Source of the DNA: the human T2T-CHM13v2.0 reference genome, Homo sapiens | Strand: one strand, 5' to 3' | Length of the DNA: 64,000 nucleotides | Assembly (NCBI RefSeq): GCF_009914755.1 | Contig: NC_060942.1 | Shown: positions 30,973-47,633 of the stretch, in pieces | Numbering within the stretch: the stretch's first letter is position 1 | Layout: the number at the start of each line of letters is the position of its first letter | Notes under the pieces: model-generated | What the model was told of the DNA's origin: nothing | Database searches by the model: none | What the model saw: the letters and a program-made list of their open reading frames with translations, nothing else | Position numbers and translations under genes: made by a program

Positions 30973-31149
30973 GTATTTTCCCAATGAACAAAATAAAAAC
31001 AATTCATTATTAACAGGTATTCCAGAACAAAAGGTAAATTTCTTAATTCACAACATTTGGTATTTTTCCAACGGACAAGAAAAAAGCAATTCATTATTAA
31101 CAGGTACTCCAGAACAAAAGGTAAATTTCTTAATTCACAACGCTTGGTA
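30973..31149. repeat. 87-bp tandem duplication
   Basis: Two copies of gtattt...caattcattattaacaggta(t/c)tccagaacaaaaggtaaatttcttaattcacaac, starting at 30973 and 31060. Confidence 0.93.
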
Positions 31150-31259
31150 ATCTTGACCTTAAATTTTTAGGAATTCAAGTTCTATGTCAAAACCAAAACA
31201 ACACACATAATTAAAACAATCTTCTCGGGCATATGCCAAATGGTAGTAAATACAACTAA

Positions 31260-31616
<357 letters not shown>

Positions 31617-31799
31617 TAACAAAGGAAATGATCTACAGATAAAGGACAAGCTAGACCTCTCCTCCTGCACTCTCCAATACCAACAGTAACAGCACAAGTG
31701 CTCCTTTCCACACCCCCTCTTCACACAAACAAGGGTATACAGGTATGTGCATTTTTTAAATTGAAATATTACCCTATAGGTCACATTGCTTTTTCACGA

Positions 31800-32880
31800 A
31801 ATATCAAGGACACTCCCCTTCACATCGACAGACACAGGTATATCTTTCTTTGTAATACCTTTAGGCACATGTACACGTATGTAGGTAGCATCTCACACAC
31901 GCTGGTTTTATTTTTAATGTAGTCTTTCCCCGCTTTGTTCTTTTTGCTTGCCACCCCACTCCTCCATCTCCACCACCACTCTACCACCCTATAATCCATG
32001 TTAAGAAGCTGGCATCTATTTTTCTGTGCTTTTCCACATGTTCCCAAAGAGCCACATGTAGAGCATGCATGTGTGCACACACAAAGGGGTGTGCTGCCCT
32101 TCATATTCCAAATTAGGGTACTAATTATACACACTTCTCTATGGTCTGCTTGTCAATACTGCACGCAAATTTGTTGATGTCAAATGGTATACTAATTATT
32201 TTAAGGAATGTATAATATGCCATAAGAATACTATATCTCAAAATACATTTTGTCATTCTCCATGAAAGGCATTTACCATTTCATTCTTTTGCCAAAAGAA
32301 ACAATGCAACAAAAATATTTCGATATATGATGTATTCTTATTTAAATCTGATGCCTTCATTTTAATGGGGCAGAGCACCGGGGTTAAAATTGCTGGGTCA
32401 AGGAGTATCTCTATTTCACATATCCACAGATGCGGCCAGACTGCTTTTGGAGAAGCTTTTAACAATTTCGTATCTCACCAGCAGTCTATGAGCACTCTCT
32501 TCCCACCAGAAAGAGTTGGTGTTAACAGGTGTTCTTGTCCTTTTAGGTTTTGGGTCTGACTGCGGTAATGATGCTACCTTGTTATTTTACTTTGTTTTTC
32601 CTTGACTACTAGTGAGTTAGAACATTTTTCATATGCTTAATGACCATCTGAATTCACAGATGGTCAACTGCCTATTTATAACATCTATACCGCTGGATTT
32701 TTTTGTTATTTAGTAAGAATTTTTTTTGTATGTGATAGCTATTAATCTTTTGTCACCTAGATTGTACATGGTACCATCTGCAGGTTAACAAAAAACTTTT
32801 ACAAACAAGTATGTCTCCTTTTTAAAACTAGCTTCTGTGTTTTCTATCTTGGTGAAGGCTTCTCCCACCCTAAAGCTGTT
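31800..32880 (-). mobile_element. Old L1ME fragments
   Basis: aattgctgggtcaagg...ttgactactagtgagttagaacatttttcatatgc, antisense L1M text. Confidence 0.6.
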
Positions 32881-34205
32881 TCTTTTTTTTTTTTTTAAAC
32901 ATGATGTTCCCATTCTCTAAATGATATATATATATTTCTTCTCTCTCAAGTCCATAACTCTACATAAAGATAGCTAGGTCTCTTTAAGGGGTATGTCCTT
33001 GTTTGCTCATCTGGGGCCACTTGAGACTAAGATTCTCGTGCCCTCTATGCCTTTCACAAACAGGGTCTGTGCAGTGGCCCTATTCCCTTTCTCCTAAGAC
33101 AGAGGAGCTCTCTCTCCAACACTTCTCTTACTCGCAATTCCAGGAATCTTAATAGTCTATATTTTTATTTAGCTTCATTCCAGCTTCTATCTCGGTTCAA
33201 AAGACCCTTGATCATTGATTTGTATGTTTCAGGGAAGACAGAAAAAGTTCAGGCGTTTTTAAAAAAGCAACACTTTCACAAATGCTGTGAAATCAAAATA
33301 TCCCCAGGCTAGCTTTAAAGAGTTCTACTAAGATGAAGTGGATGAATACTAATGGCTAGCATTTAGTGAGAGTTTGCTCCAGTTTAGACTGTGTTAATCA
33401 CTTAATGTGTATCACCTCATTTAATCCTCAAAGTAATCTTATTAAGCACTGGTATTAAATAACTTGTCCATGGTCATATATTGAATTAGTAGAATGGATT
33501 CTTTAACTCCACAGCCGTCACTCCTGGCTTTCAGAACTCTGCCACTTACTGACTGTGTGAACTTGAACATGTAACTAACCTATTCCAAACCTCGGTTTTT
33601 CTTAGAAAATGACAATACTAGTGTTTCATATGGCCGTGGTGGAGTTCCCATGAAACAATGCATACAGAGAGTGTTTTTAAAACTTTAGGCCCCATTCATT
33701 CTGATCTATAGACTCAATTTAATGGTAATATAACCAGCATTTTAAAAAATGAAATCAAACTCATCTGGCAAGGGTAGGTATTGTTAATGAAAATTCTGTC
33801 CCAACAATACACATTCACCCCATATGTGTGCATTATGTGGTCAAATTTAATTTTATTTTAAATATGGAAATTGGTCAGTGATATAAAACATTCAGCCCAG
33901 TGCCTGGTAGGTAGAAAACCTTCAACATGAAGTAGAGATTGATATTATTGTTATTATCAATAATTTCAGGGAAAATTTTCATCTTCCTGCCTGAGTTGTT
34001 AAAGATTTAAAACTACTATTACTTTTTGGATGAAAAATTTACTAATTACAGTTTCAAAAGATGATCTAAAAATGGTTATTTATTAAACAATTTTCATAAC
34101 TATATTAAGGTTTTCACAGAGAAAGAGGAATGAAATTGTTTCTATTGCCCTGGAGAAAAGCAGAAAATGAAATGGTTTTCACCACTTGTGCTTCTTTTCC
34201 CCTAG

Positions 34206-34535
<330 letters not shown>

Positions 34536-35404
34536 TGAATGCCAGCCAATGGCTGTCACCTGGGACCAGATACAGGTACAAATGGAAGAGATTTTTCAAA
34601 TTAATGAACTATCCCTTCTAAGAGCTTCTGGTTAGGAGGCTGCAGAATGCTAAACAAAGAATCTTTAAGCAGAGACTGTGGTTAAGACATAATGAAGCAA
34701 CTCAGGAGGGACTCTGACTTGGAAATGTCCCTTTCTTTTCTGCCATTTAATAATTCATTGGTATTCTTTGTTTTAATGTCATATGACCAGAGTGAAAGTG
34801 CTGGGACAATTCCGTCCAATTAACATTTTTCATTTAATTAAAATGATGAAAGAACATACTAATAAATCCCAAACAATTTTACTGCGCCTTAAACATTCCA
34901 TTGACATGATTAGATGGTATTAAAACTCATTCCCATCCAGATCCGAGGGTTACGTCCTCTCCCAATCTATCTCTGGGAGACTTCGAGCATGCTCCTCCAT
35001 TCAGGCTTCTCTTCTGCACCCAGCCTTGGGGAATGATCTCAAAGTCAGCCACGATGTCAGCAATGGGATTTTGAAAGCAACTCAAAGGTTCTAATTTAGA
35101 ACAATGAAATTGGCTAGTTCCGTGCTCAGCTTAAATTTCACAATTCTTTATTTTCCCTACCTTCATTCATTCCCTCTGCTGTTTTTTACATATCTGCCAC
35201 TCAGAGTGTAATCCCCCTCCGCTCTGAGACTCTGAGATTAGAGACTATGTCTTATTCTCCTCTGTGTCCTTCAGGGTACAGAATATTTTGCATATGACAG
35301 GTGCTCAAAGTTTTAAAATAAATGATTTTACCTAATGTCTCAAGTTACGATGGAGCCAAAGAAAGAAAAACGGTGAAAAAATGATATGGATAAGTAAGCA
35401 ATGA

Positions 35405-35770
<366 letters not shown>

Positions 35771-36042
35771 TAACAAATAAGTATTTTTTATTAAGTATTA
35801 TGTAGGAATCATAATTTTAGGTAGCAGAATATTGATCTGTATATTTAGAAAAGTGAGAAACAACTTAATTCTTACCTCTGATTCCAGATTAAAGAATGAA
35901 CTAAAAATCTAAGAAAACTATTCCACAGAGAAACAGATTTCAACACATCTGTAACTACAACATTGACAATCTGTATGTATACATGTATACTGTTATACGT
36001 GTGTTTTGCACTTGTGTGTGTATAACTATTTACAGCTATTAG

Positions 36043-36367
<325 letters not shown>

Positions 36368-37359
36368 TACAAGTCCCAATTTAAATATAATTTAATGACA
36401 CAGCTTGTATCTTTAATTTCTATTGCTCTGCTGAAGTTTACTAAACACTCAAAGCAAAATAGTCTTCCAAATTAGGAAGTCATTAGAGCTAAACTATAAA
36501 ATAAACTTGAATTCACAAAAGTAATTAGATTTTAAAATTATGTTAGAGAGTAAATTACTGTAGTAATTAAAAAGTCTCACTTCATTTTCACAAATGATGC
36601 ATAATCTTGCTTGAAAAAAATCTTTACATAGTTCATCTGGGATACAGCTCACAAGTCTATTCTTTAAACAATGGTTGAAAACAAATGATGAGCAGAAAAG
36701 CCTAGCAATCTCACCACTGGATAAATACATTCTGACTTACAAGTCATTTGAAAAGTACCAAATTCCATTGTTAGAAATTTAACACTCATCTCTCTACTCC
36801 TTCTTTGTCCTGGTTGGGGCATAAGGAACCACAGAGAATGCAACACATTCTCTCCATTTGAAAGGCTAAAAGTTCCTACAAACACTGTTACTCACCTACC
36901 ACCAATTTCTTAAGAACATGTAAAGTTGCTGTGGCAGATTTACTTACTTAATTAAACTCTTATTACCATTAGATTCCAAGCCCTGTTGAACCTGCAGTGA
37001 ATGGCATAGAACCTGTAATATAGGTACTTAGCACACATTGCTGAGATCAACTTTATGCCAGATGATTTTCTATTAATTAGGGATCTAGAATGAGTAAACT
37101 GTCCCACGCACATTTACAATGAGAAACAATTATTCCATAGTATCAACAACAAAAGGCCATTGTTTACTCTGAGGAATTAAAATGTTGCATCACTGAATTT
37201 CTGATGTGCTCTAAATACCTTTCATTCTTCTGTCATTCTCTTCAAAAGACACTGACCAAGTTAACTTCAAGAACACACCACTGGTGATACACCAGAGAGC
37301 ACCAGGGCAGTGGCTGAAAGTTTGGGGTAGGCAACAATTACTTAGAACCCCCAAGAGAG

Positions 37360-38360
37360 CACTAACATAATAGAAAAATTACAAAGTGGACTTCATTAAA
37401 ATTAAAGACTCTGTTCAAACAAAGAAGAAATTAAAGACTTCTGTTCATTATTAAAGAAATGAAAGGGCAAGCTACCAACTAAGAGAAAATACTCATGATA
37501 CGTGTATTTGATAGAGGATTAGTATCCAGAATACATAAAGAATTACTACAAATCAATAATACAAAGACATACAAACAAATTTAAAATGGGCAAAACTCCC
37601 AGACACGTCACAAAAACAATGGCTAAGGAAAACATGCAAAAGCATTCAAAATCAATAAGAAAATATAAATTAAAACCACAGAACAAGGTACCATGTCATA
37701 CCTACAAAACATCAAATGTTGGTGAGGATGTGGAGCAACTAAAATTCTTACGTATTTCAGACTGCAGTGCAAAATGGTACATATTCAGGAAACAGTACAG
37801 TAACATCTTACAAAGCTAAACACACATCTCCCCGATGACCCAAAAGTTCTACTCCTACATAGTGAAGAGAATGAAACATGTCTGCAGAATGGTATCTAGA
37901 AGAACATTTATAAAAGCTTTTTTGTTCATAACTCCAAACTGGAAAAAAAACAAATTCCATCAACAGGAGTACAGATAAGCCAAACTGTGGGATATTCAAA
38001 CTAACAGAGCATTCACCAATAAAAAGGAAAGAGCAACGATATATACAATAGGAATGGAAGTCAAGACACGGTGTTGAGTGACTAATGCCACATTCAAGGA
38101 GCACACGCACTGTGATTCATTTATAATGCAGTTCAAGATAAGACTAATCCATAGTGGCAGAAATCAGAGCAGTGGCTGTCTACGGAGAGTGGGGGATCGA
38201 CTGAAAGGAGTCAGGGAGAACATCCTGGAGTGATGGAAATGTTCCACATCTTGAATGGGATGTTAGTTACATGGGTCCATGCACCTGACAAAACTCACCA
38301 AATTTATATGTAAGATCTGTTACTTTCACTATATAAAAATTATACTGCAACCACGAAACA
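37360..38360 (+). mobile_element. L1ME/MD ORF2 end and 3' UTR
   Basis: ggacttcattaaaattaaagact...ggtgaggatgtggagcaact...gaaatcagagcagtggctg...ggatgttagttacatgg. Confidence 0.85.
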
Positions 38361-38467
38361 AACAAAAAGAAACTATAATGTAATGTAACTTGTTGCTATA
38401 GATTAGCATTTCTCAAACTTTTGGTCTTAAGATCAATTAAACTCTTAAAAATTATTGAAGACCCCAG

Positions 38468-38791
38468 GGCCAGGTGCAGTGGCTCACGCCTGTAATCCTA
38501 GCACTTTGGGAGGCCGAGGCAGGTGGATCATGAGGTCAGGAGTTCAAGACCAGCCTGGCCAACATGTTGAAACCCCGTCTCTACTAAAAATACAAAAATT
38601 AGCCAGGCGTGGTGGTGGGGGCCTGTAATCCCAACTACTTGGGAGGCTGAGGCAGGAGAATCACTTGAATCTGGGAGGTGGAGGTTGCCAAAATCGTGAG
38701 TAGTGAGCTAAAATTGTGCTACTGCACTCCAGCCTGGGTGATGGAGTGAGACTCCATCTCAAAAACAAAACAAAACAAAAAACAAAAAAAA
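38468..38791 (+). mobile_element. AluS
   Basis: Dimer. TSD ttattgaagacccc. Confidence 0.95.
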
Positions 38792-38849
38792 CCCTTATTG
38801 AAGACCCCAAAAGAGTTAGTTTTTCTTTCCCTTTCATTTATCTCTCCTT

Positions 38850-39155
38850 TTCTTTTTCTTTTTTTTTTTTCTTGAGATAGGGTCTTACTTTGTCATCCAG
38901 GCTGGAATACGGTGGCACGATCATGACTCACTTGCAGCCTTGACCTCCCAGGCTCAGGCAATCCTCCTGCTTCAGCCTCCCAAGTAGCTGGGACCACAGG
39001 CAAGTGCCACCATACTCACCTATTTTTTCTTTCTTTTTTTAGCAATGGGGTCTCCCTATGTTACCCAGGATGGTCTCAAACTCCTGGACTCAAGTGATCC
39101 TCCCACCTTGGCCTCCCAAAGTGCTGAGATTACAGGTGTGAGCCATCGTATCTGG
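38850..39155 (-). mobile_element. AluJ
   Basis: Diverged dimer. Confidence 0.9.
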
Positions 39156-39230
39156 TATAGTTTTCTTTTAATGTGGATTTTATCTATTGCTATTTATCAA
39201 ATTTTTAAAAAGCTGAAAATAATTTCTTGA

Positions 39231-39588
<358 letters not shown>

Positions 39589-40002
39589 CTAAATAACATT
39601 TTTATAGAAAAAGACTGTATTTTCCAAAACAAAAACAGTTAGAAGAGTAGCACTGTTTTACATTATTGCAATCTTTTAAATGTCAGGATTAAGAAAGGAT
39701 AACTGGATTCTCATAACTGTTTATGCATTCAATCTGCGATTTCTTACATCAAGTAGTCTAGAAACTTTATTGTAAACATTTAAGTGAATGATAGGAAAAA
39801 GGCACATTTTTAGTAATATAATGAAAACTGTTGTAACTTTTTTGTCCCCTGAAAGGGCCTTGAGGACCCCTACTCCCCACCACAAGAGTCCAAAATCTCT
39901 ACTTTCTAGAACCACTGGCATAGACAGCAGAAGGACTTTCCTTTTTCCCAGTGCAGATTTAAGAAACTTTGGAACAAGGCAGTTAAAAAAAAAAAAAAAT
40001 TC

Positions 40003-40242
40003 GGCCAGGCGCAGTGTCTCATGCCTGTAATCCTAGCACTTCAGGAGGCCGAGGTGGGTAGATCACTTGAGGTCAGGAGTTCGAGGCCAGCCTGGCCAAT
40101 ATGGTGAAACTTTGTCTCTACTAAAATACACAAATTAGCTGGGTGTGGTGGCATGTGCTTGTAATCCCAGCTACTCGGGAGATTGCACCATTGCACTCCA
40201 GCCTGGGCAACAGAGCGAAACTCCATCTCAAAAAAAAAAAAA
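40003..40242 (+). mobile_element. AluS with right-arm internal deletion
   Basis: ctactcgggag is joined directly to attgcaccattgcactcc. Confidence 0.93.
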
Positions 40243-40395
40243 ATCAATGCATTCAACAAATATTAACTACATTTCAACTACTCTAAGGTTTTGAGGATAT
40301 TAGGAAGCTGGATAAATAAAATGTCGAGGAATATTTACAATTGAGATAATTCTGTTTCAAAATGTTATTTCATTTCTGGAATCTGCTTCAGAAAC

Positions 40396-40679
<284 letters not shown>

Positions 40680-41543
40680 TTCAAAAACTTTAAAACTCTG
40701 GCACTTCCACTAAGTGGGCTTAAAAATATTTGAAATAAATAAGATAGTCTGAAACAAATATAACCTTATTTTAATAAGACAGAATTCAAAAATTTCAACC
40801 AACATACTCATCTTTAGTAGTTCACCTGACTGCCTAAAAGTTCGATATGATTTTTCATATTCTCTTAACATTTAAATCTGAGAGTAAATACTGGTTTTTA
40901 GTCACACAACTCACAGAATCTCACCTTAAGTTGATATAATTTGATTTTATCACAATGAAAATGATGCCCTCAAACAAGGGAAAATGTTTGCCCTCCAAAG
41001 GTGATAAGATGTATTCCACGGTCATAAAAATACTATTTTTCTCAGTTGTGTACTATTAATTAAAACTTTAGTTGTAATGTACATGAAGATTCAAGATCTT
41101 CAAAGTTATATATGAAATACTTGGCAAGTTTAATATACAGAAATCAACACAAAGTGTCTAAAATTTACCGATACAATTAAATTCCTGAAATTTGCCCATC
41201 CCCATTTCAACAGAAGCAGAATTTAGGCTGGTCTTAAAGAAGCCAATCACTTAAAACTCTTCCTGCATGACTGTTATTATAATGTACCCTGTACCTAGTT
41301 TCAGGTTCGAATTCAGACAAATACAGTCATCACAAAGTTCTCTCTGTATATCCAGAATGCCATTCTGAAGCCTAGTATAAATGAGCACCATATCTTACAA
41401 CTTAGTCAGAGACGAGGGTGACTCAACAGCTGGGTATTTAACCTGCTGTTAGACCTCTCCAACTAAAATTAGCGTAGCGTCTTAGAAGCAGGTCAGTACA
41501 AGTCTCAGACAAGAGCTCTAAGGCTAGTCATATACCTTTTTTA

Positions 41544-41911
<368 letters not shown>

Positions 41912-44530
41912 TCTGATGTAATTATCTGATATTACTATTTAATTTTGCTAATATTTCCATAACTTAAAATTATTTTTCATTTTTGATGTTTTAAATTACT
42001 TATCTATAGTCTATGATTGCCACTTAACAAATCTGGCTCTACACAATAAAAAGGTTAGGGTGGTCTTGTTTTACAAGAGGTTTTACTTGTTTTGACTTTA
42101 ATAAGTTAAAATTGTATGTACACAATTTTAAACTGATTTTCACAATGGATTTCTAAAATTTAGAATTTGTTGTCAAGCTTCAAGAACACAGTACATTTTC
42201 TTTTTATTTCTCAGTTTATCACCATAACTGGATTAACAGGAATGCTTACAGAATCTTCACATTTGAAAGCAAAAAGGAAATGATGAAAAAATATCTCTGA
42301 ATCAGGCTTTTAGTTTACTAAGAAGATGTCATTTTAGGCAGCTGGATTCCCTTACTATAGGCCTGCTTCACAGAGTTCAGCACAGTCCTGGGGAAGGAAA
42401 GATGAAACAGGAAGGCAGACCTTAACCTAGGGACAAGGTCACTATTCTTTGCTCACCTTTATCTCTAAGAATAACTTAGATTTCATACAACAGGTGCTGG
42501 AACAGACGGATGTAAAGTCATTGAAATTAAGTGAAAAGTGAGAGTAGATCACGGTCGTTAGGACCTAAAGGAAACGGTCTGAACAACAGAGAGATTAATG
42601 CAATGCATGGTGAATGCTGCACAGATCAGAGCTAACTACCGTCATCCCTAAAGGATTAACTAGGTCTCCTGCAGTGTGGAGCTCTCTAAGGAGCAGAGAG
42701 GCTTCAAGGTGGTGAGCACACATCTACTAACATCTCTCCACATTCCAAAAAGGATCCAAAGCTGTCTTATTACTGGTAATTTTGTTGGTTGGGGAGGGGA
42801 AAGAAGCCCTTCTTGACTATCATAGAAATCTCTTGGGCTCTCTATCGAGAAAGGTCATGTCTCAGAACTTGAACACCTCCAGTTGGATTAGGAGGCTGAT
42901 GGTAGCAGTAGGCTGTTTGGTGAGACCTGGAGTTCTCTACTAGAATGTAGGTTTGAACTCTTGATAAAAATTGTTGATCGTTGAATGTAACTCTGGAGCA
43001 AGGCTGTTTTTAATAGGCTGTATGTTATCTGGAACACTGCAGACAAGGATTTCTGATCACCAAAACAAGGGTTTGGGGAAAACTGTGCAAAAAATACTTC
43101 ACAACAAGAGAAGACAAAAAACGAAGCAGAGATGGACTGAATAACAGAAGTGCCCTTCTGCAAATATGACTGTGTTGCTTTTCATGGCTCTGAACTTTCC
43201 AGACTAACTTCCCTTCAAACCACACCTACTTTTTCAGAATAAATATAACAATTTGTTTGTGCTTTGCTTTAGCTACTTCCACAGCCTGATTTAACTCTGT
43301 TTATAAATGATCTGAGATGCTTTTGATTGCTTACCATCAGAGGGATAGAATTTCTAGGAAGGGAGTTGAGTTTCTGGTTCCTTCCTGCTCTGTGATACAT
43401 AACACATAATATCTCCAGGGTTCTCTGACACGTATGTTATTTTCCCTTCTGTTTCCTTTCGGATTGCTCTGAGCATAGTAAAATACCTGTCCTGCAAAGG
43501 ACTGCATCCTTCCCCTTTCCTAAAGCAGGTTTTTTTTCTGCTGAGAAAGATTACACAATGTCCTAAAACACACAATCAGATCTGAAATTTACTATGGTAA
43601 AATGGATACTTTATGCTAAATTTCAAATCCTGGCTGAACACTGTGCTGTATCAACATGATACAACAGCAGGTCATAGCCCAGACAATGAGAACATATCAC
43701 ATTTTATGCAATCAATGTGTTTTGAAAAGAGCTGTGTATAAACCAAATTTTTCTGAGGATTCTAAAACACAAGGCAAACCAACCAACCAACCAACCTGTT
43801 AAGGATCTATGTGGTTTTTAAAACAATCACTTCCTTAATTTATTTACCTTGCAATTTTTTTATTATTATATATGGTGTTTTCTGAAAAAGGAAAATTCCT
43901 CCTAAGCTACCAAGCAAAGCAAATAAGGCCAAAGAACTCCGTGTCCCCTGAGGCGATTTTCTCCTTTAGGCAAAATTTAGATTGGCACAGCTCCAAAGGA
44001 AAACAGACACTTCAGTGTATTTGTAGAGACCAAATCCCTTAAGTCACCAGAAGTCAAGATACCCAATCTATGATTTATTAGAAGATGTGGGCAGAAGAAA
44101 CAGGTTAAGGCAGACCATTAAAAGGCTGTTACTGTGAAAGATATTTCCTAGGCACTCAAAATCTTGTGTTCACGTGTGTTGGGAATGGGAGGGTTGGGGG
44201 AAGAGGGTACATCTTTGGATAAATAGATCGAGATGCCAAGCAAGAATATACGTTTTAATAAATATTTAACTGCTTCTTTCTGTTGACATCCTGGGGATTA
44301 TAAGTGTTTGTAAAGTAAACTTGAAATAGAAATTGGATATTTACCTAAGATATTGAAAAAGTCCAGGGATCAAAAGGAGAAAATAACGAGACCTCTGAAT
44401 GGGGAAAGTAGTATCAAGGGACCCAGGTACAAATAACAGAGCTTACAGCCTCTCGTCACCTCTTGTTTACATTTGACAATGTAACTTTACAACCAGCTTT
44501 GTAGAGACCAGACACACCTTTGTATTCTCA

Positions 44531-44944
<414 letters not shown>

Positions 44945-45559
44945 TCAGCTACCTCTTTCTTAAATTCCAGTTTCAAAGGACAATACAAACTTCCAAAACT
45001 CAAACATCTTTTCATATAAATTAAAAAGAAGGACAAAAACAATTTTATTTACCTGTTTTTGTTTAGGGTTCATCGGTTATTTTTTTTTTTAAAGGGGAGG
45101 AAAGGTTTCAGCTGTCTCCGAGGAATAAGACTACAAACAACGGTCAATGCAGTAGCAATGAACATCCTTACCACTCAGATTGTTATTTCTAAATATTATT
45201 TCCCACTAAAATGAAATATGGCTCCTTAGAGAAATAGCTGACTCTATGTCTGGGGCAGGAAACAAATGATGTAAGCCTGAAACACTTTTTTCTTATCAGA
45301 AAGCAAGGCAGCTATCAAAGACAATGGAGTTATTGCCTACAAATATCTATAAAAAAAATTACCAGAGAAACCAATGAGGGTCCTGTCAGAGGGACACAGA
45401 AGCTGACCCAGAGGGGCTTACTCTGACCAAAGAGGGGGAAAGATACTGTAATAGATTTAAACAAATCCAACCCATGGGCTCATATATTACCTTTGTAGGA
45501 TGCTAGGGAACCAATATATAGATCATTTTATAAGGAGGTGCTAGGAAGCTCTTCTTTAT

Positions 45560-45876
45560 TTTTTGAGACAAGTTTTGCTCTTTTTTTTTTTTTTTTTGAG
45601 ACAGAGTCTTGCTCTGTCACTCAGGCTGGAGTGCAGTGGTGTGATCTCAGCTCATAGCAACCTCCACTTCCCGAGTTTAAGCGATTCTCCTGCCTCAGTC
45701 TCCCGTGTAGTTGAGATTACAGGCACCCGCCACCACGCCCAGCTAATTTTTGTATTTTTAGCAGAGACAGAGTTTCACCATGTTGGCCAACTGGTCTTGA
45801 ACTCCTGGCCTCAAGTGATACACTTGCCTCTGCCTCCCAAAGTGCTGGGATTACAGGTGTGAACCTCTGCACCCTG
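45560..45876 (-). mobile_element. AluS with duplicated 3' terminus
   Basis: Dimer. TSD gaagctcttctttat. Confidence 0.93.
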
Positions 45877-46621
45877 TCAGAAGCTCTTCTTTATAGATTT
45901 TCAGCTAATAAATGTAGAAGGAGTGACAGAATTGAAAGACTACTGTTTTGCAGCACCTAAAGAAATAAAGATGAAGACAATGATCAACCACTAAATCATT
46001 AGGTGAAAGACTGTCAGGCAACTTTATCATGGATGTGTCAGATTGTCAATGACTAAACCCAAGAATCAATCTCACCATTACAGAAAGAAGAGAATCAGAG
46101 AGCAAATGCTCTCTGATTGATGTCATAGGAAGTACCTATGGTTTGTGTACCTATGAATTTTGTGCTAAAAAACTGAAACATAAATCTGGCCACACCTTTG
46201 TAAATAACCATCAGTCCACAGGAAATTCAGGAGTAAAAGAACATGTGGAATGATACCCCAGGAATACAACCAGCAATATCCAGATGGTAGAATACTCTAC
46301 AGAACAAACGACCAGGTTTCTTGAAAAATAAATGGCAAGAAAAAATGGGGGAGGGAAGAGGAAACCTGGAGTAAAATGACTTAAGAGACATAGAAACCAA
46401 AGGCAGTATGTAGAACTTTGGGATCCTATTACTAAATACCATTTTGGATCCAATTACTAAATGACATTTACAAGACAATCAAGAAAATGTGAATACTAAC
46501 TAAATACTTGATGATAATTAAGAAATTATTATTATACATGATAATAGTACTGTGGTTTAGAAGCAAAAAAGACTCCCACTGTTTTAGAGATACATACTGA
46601 GTTATTTAAAAGATGAAATGA

Positions 46622-46727
46622 GTGCCTGCTTTGGCAACACATATACTAAACATTGAAATGATACGAAGATTAGCATGACCCCTGAACAAGGATGACATGC
46701 AAATTCATGAAGTGTCCCATATTTTTT
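46622..46727 (+). pseudogene. U6 snRNA retropseudogene (5' part of a U6/L1 chimera)
   Basis: gtgcctgctttggcaacacatatactaaa...gaagattagcatgacccctg...aaattcatgaagtgtcccatatttttt matches full-length U6. It shows CpG decay and a 3-nt loss in the ACAGAGA box. Confidence 0.93.
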
Positions 46728-47290
<563 letters not shown>

Positions 47291-47332
47291 AAAGATAAAA
47301 TGGTATAGCTTGGATTTGCTTTAAAAATAGGA

Positions 47333-47633
47333 GGCCGAGCGCAGTGGCTCATGCCTGTAATCCCAGCACTTTGGGAGGTCAAGGTGGGAGGATGTCTTGA
47401 GGCTAGGGGTTCAAGACCAGCCTGGGTAACATAGCAAGGCCTCATATCTGGAAAAAAAAAATTAATTAGCTAGGCATGCTAGTGACTCCTGTAGTCACAG
47501 CTACTCAAGAGGCTGAGGTGGGAGGATCACCTGAGACCAAGGAGGTTGAGGCTGCAGTAAGCTATAATCACACCACTGCACTCCAGCCTGGGCAATGGGG
47601 TGAGACCCTGTCTCACAACAAATAAAAATAAAT
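47333..47633 (+). mobile_element. AluJ
   Basis: Diverged dimer. Confidence 0.9.

Noticed and set aside
30973-31149. Direct repeats that superficially resemble a repeat-spacer array
   Set aside because: The 'spacers' are themselves homologous, so it is a simple tandem duplication in eukaryotic DNA. There is no CRISPR array.
42888-43225. Two overlapping minus-strand ORFs (91 and 66 aa) in non-repetitive sequence
   Set aside because: No recognisable protein similarity, non-ATG starts, and they are not needed for the OSBPL1A frame.
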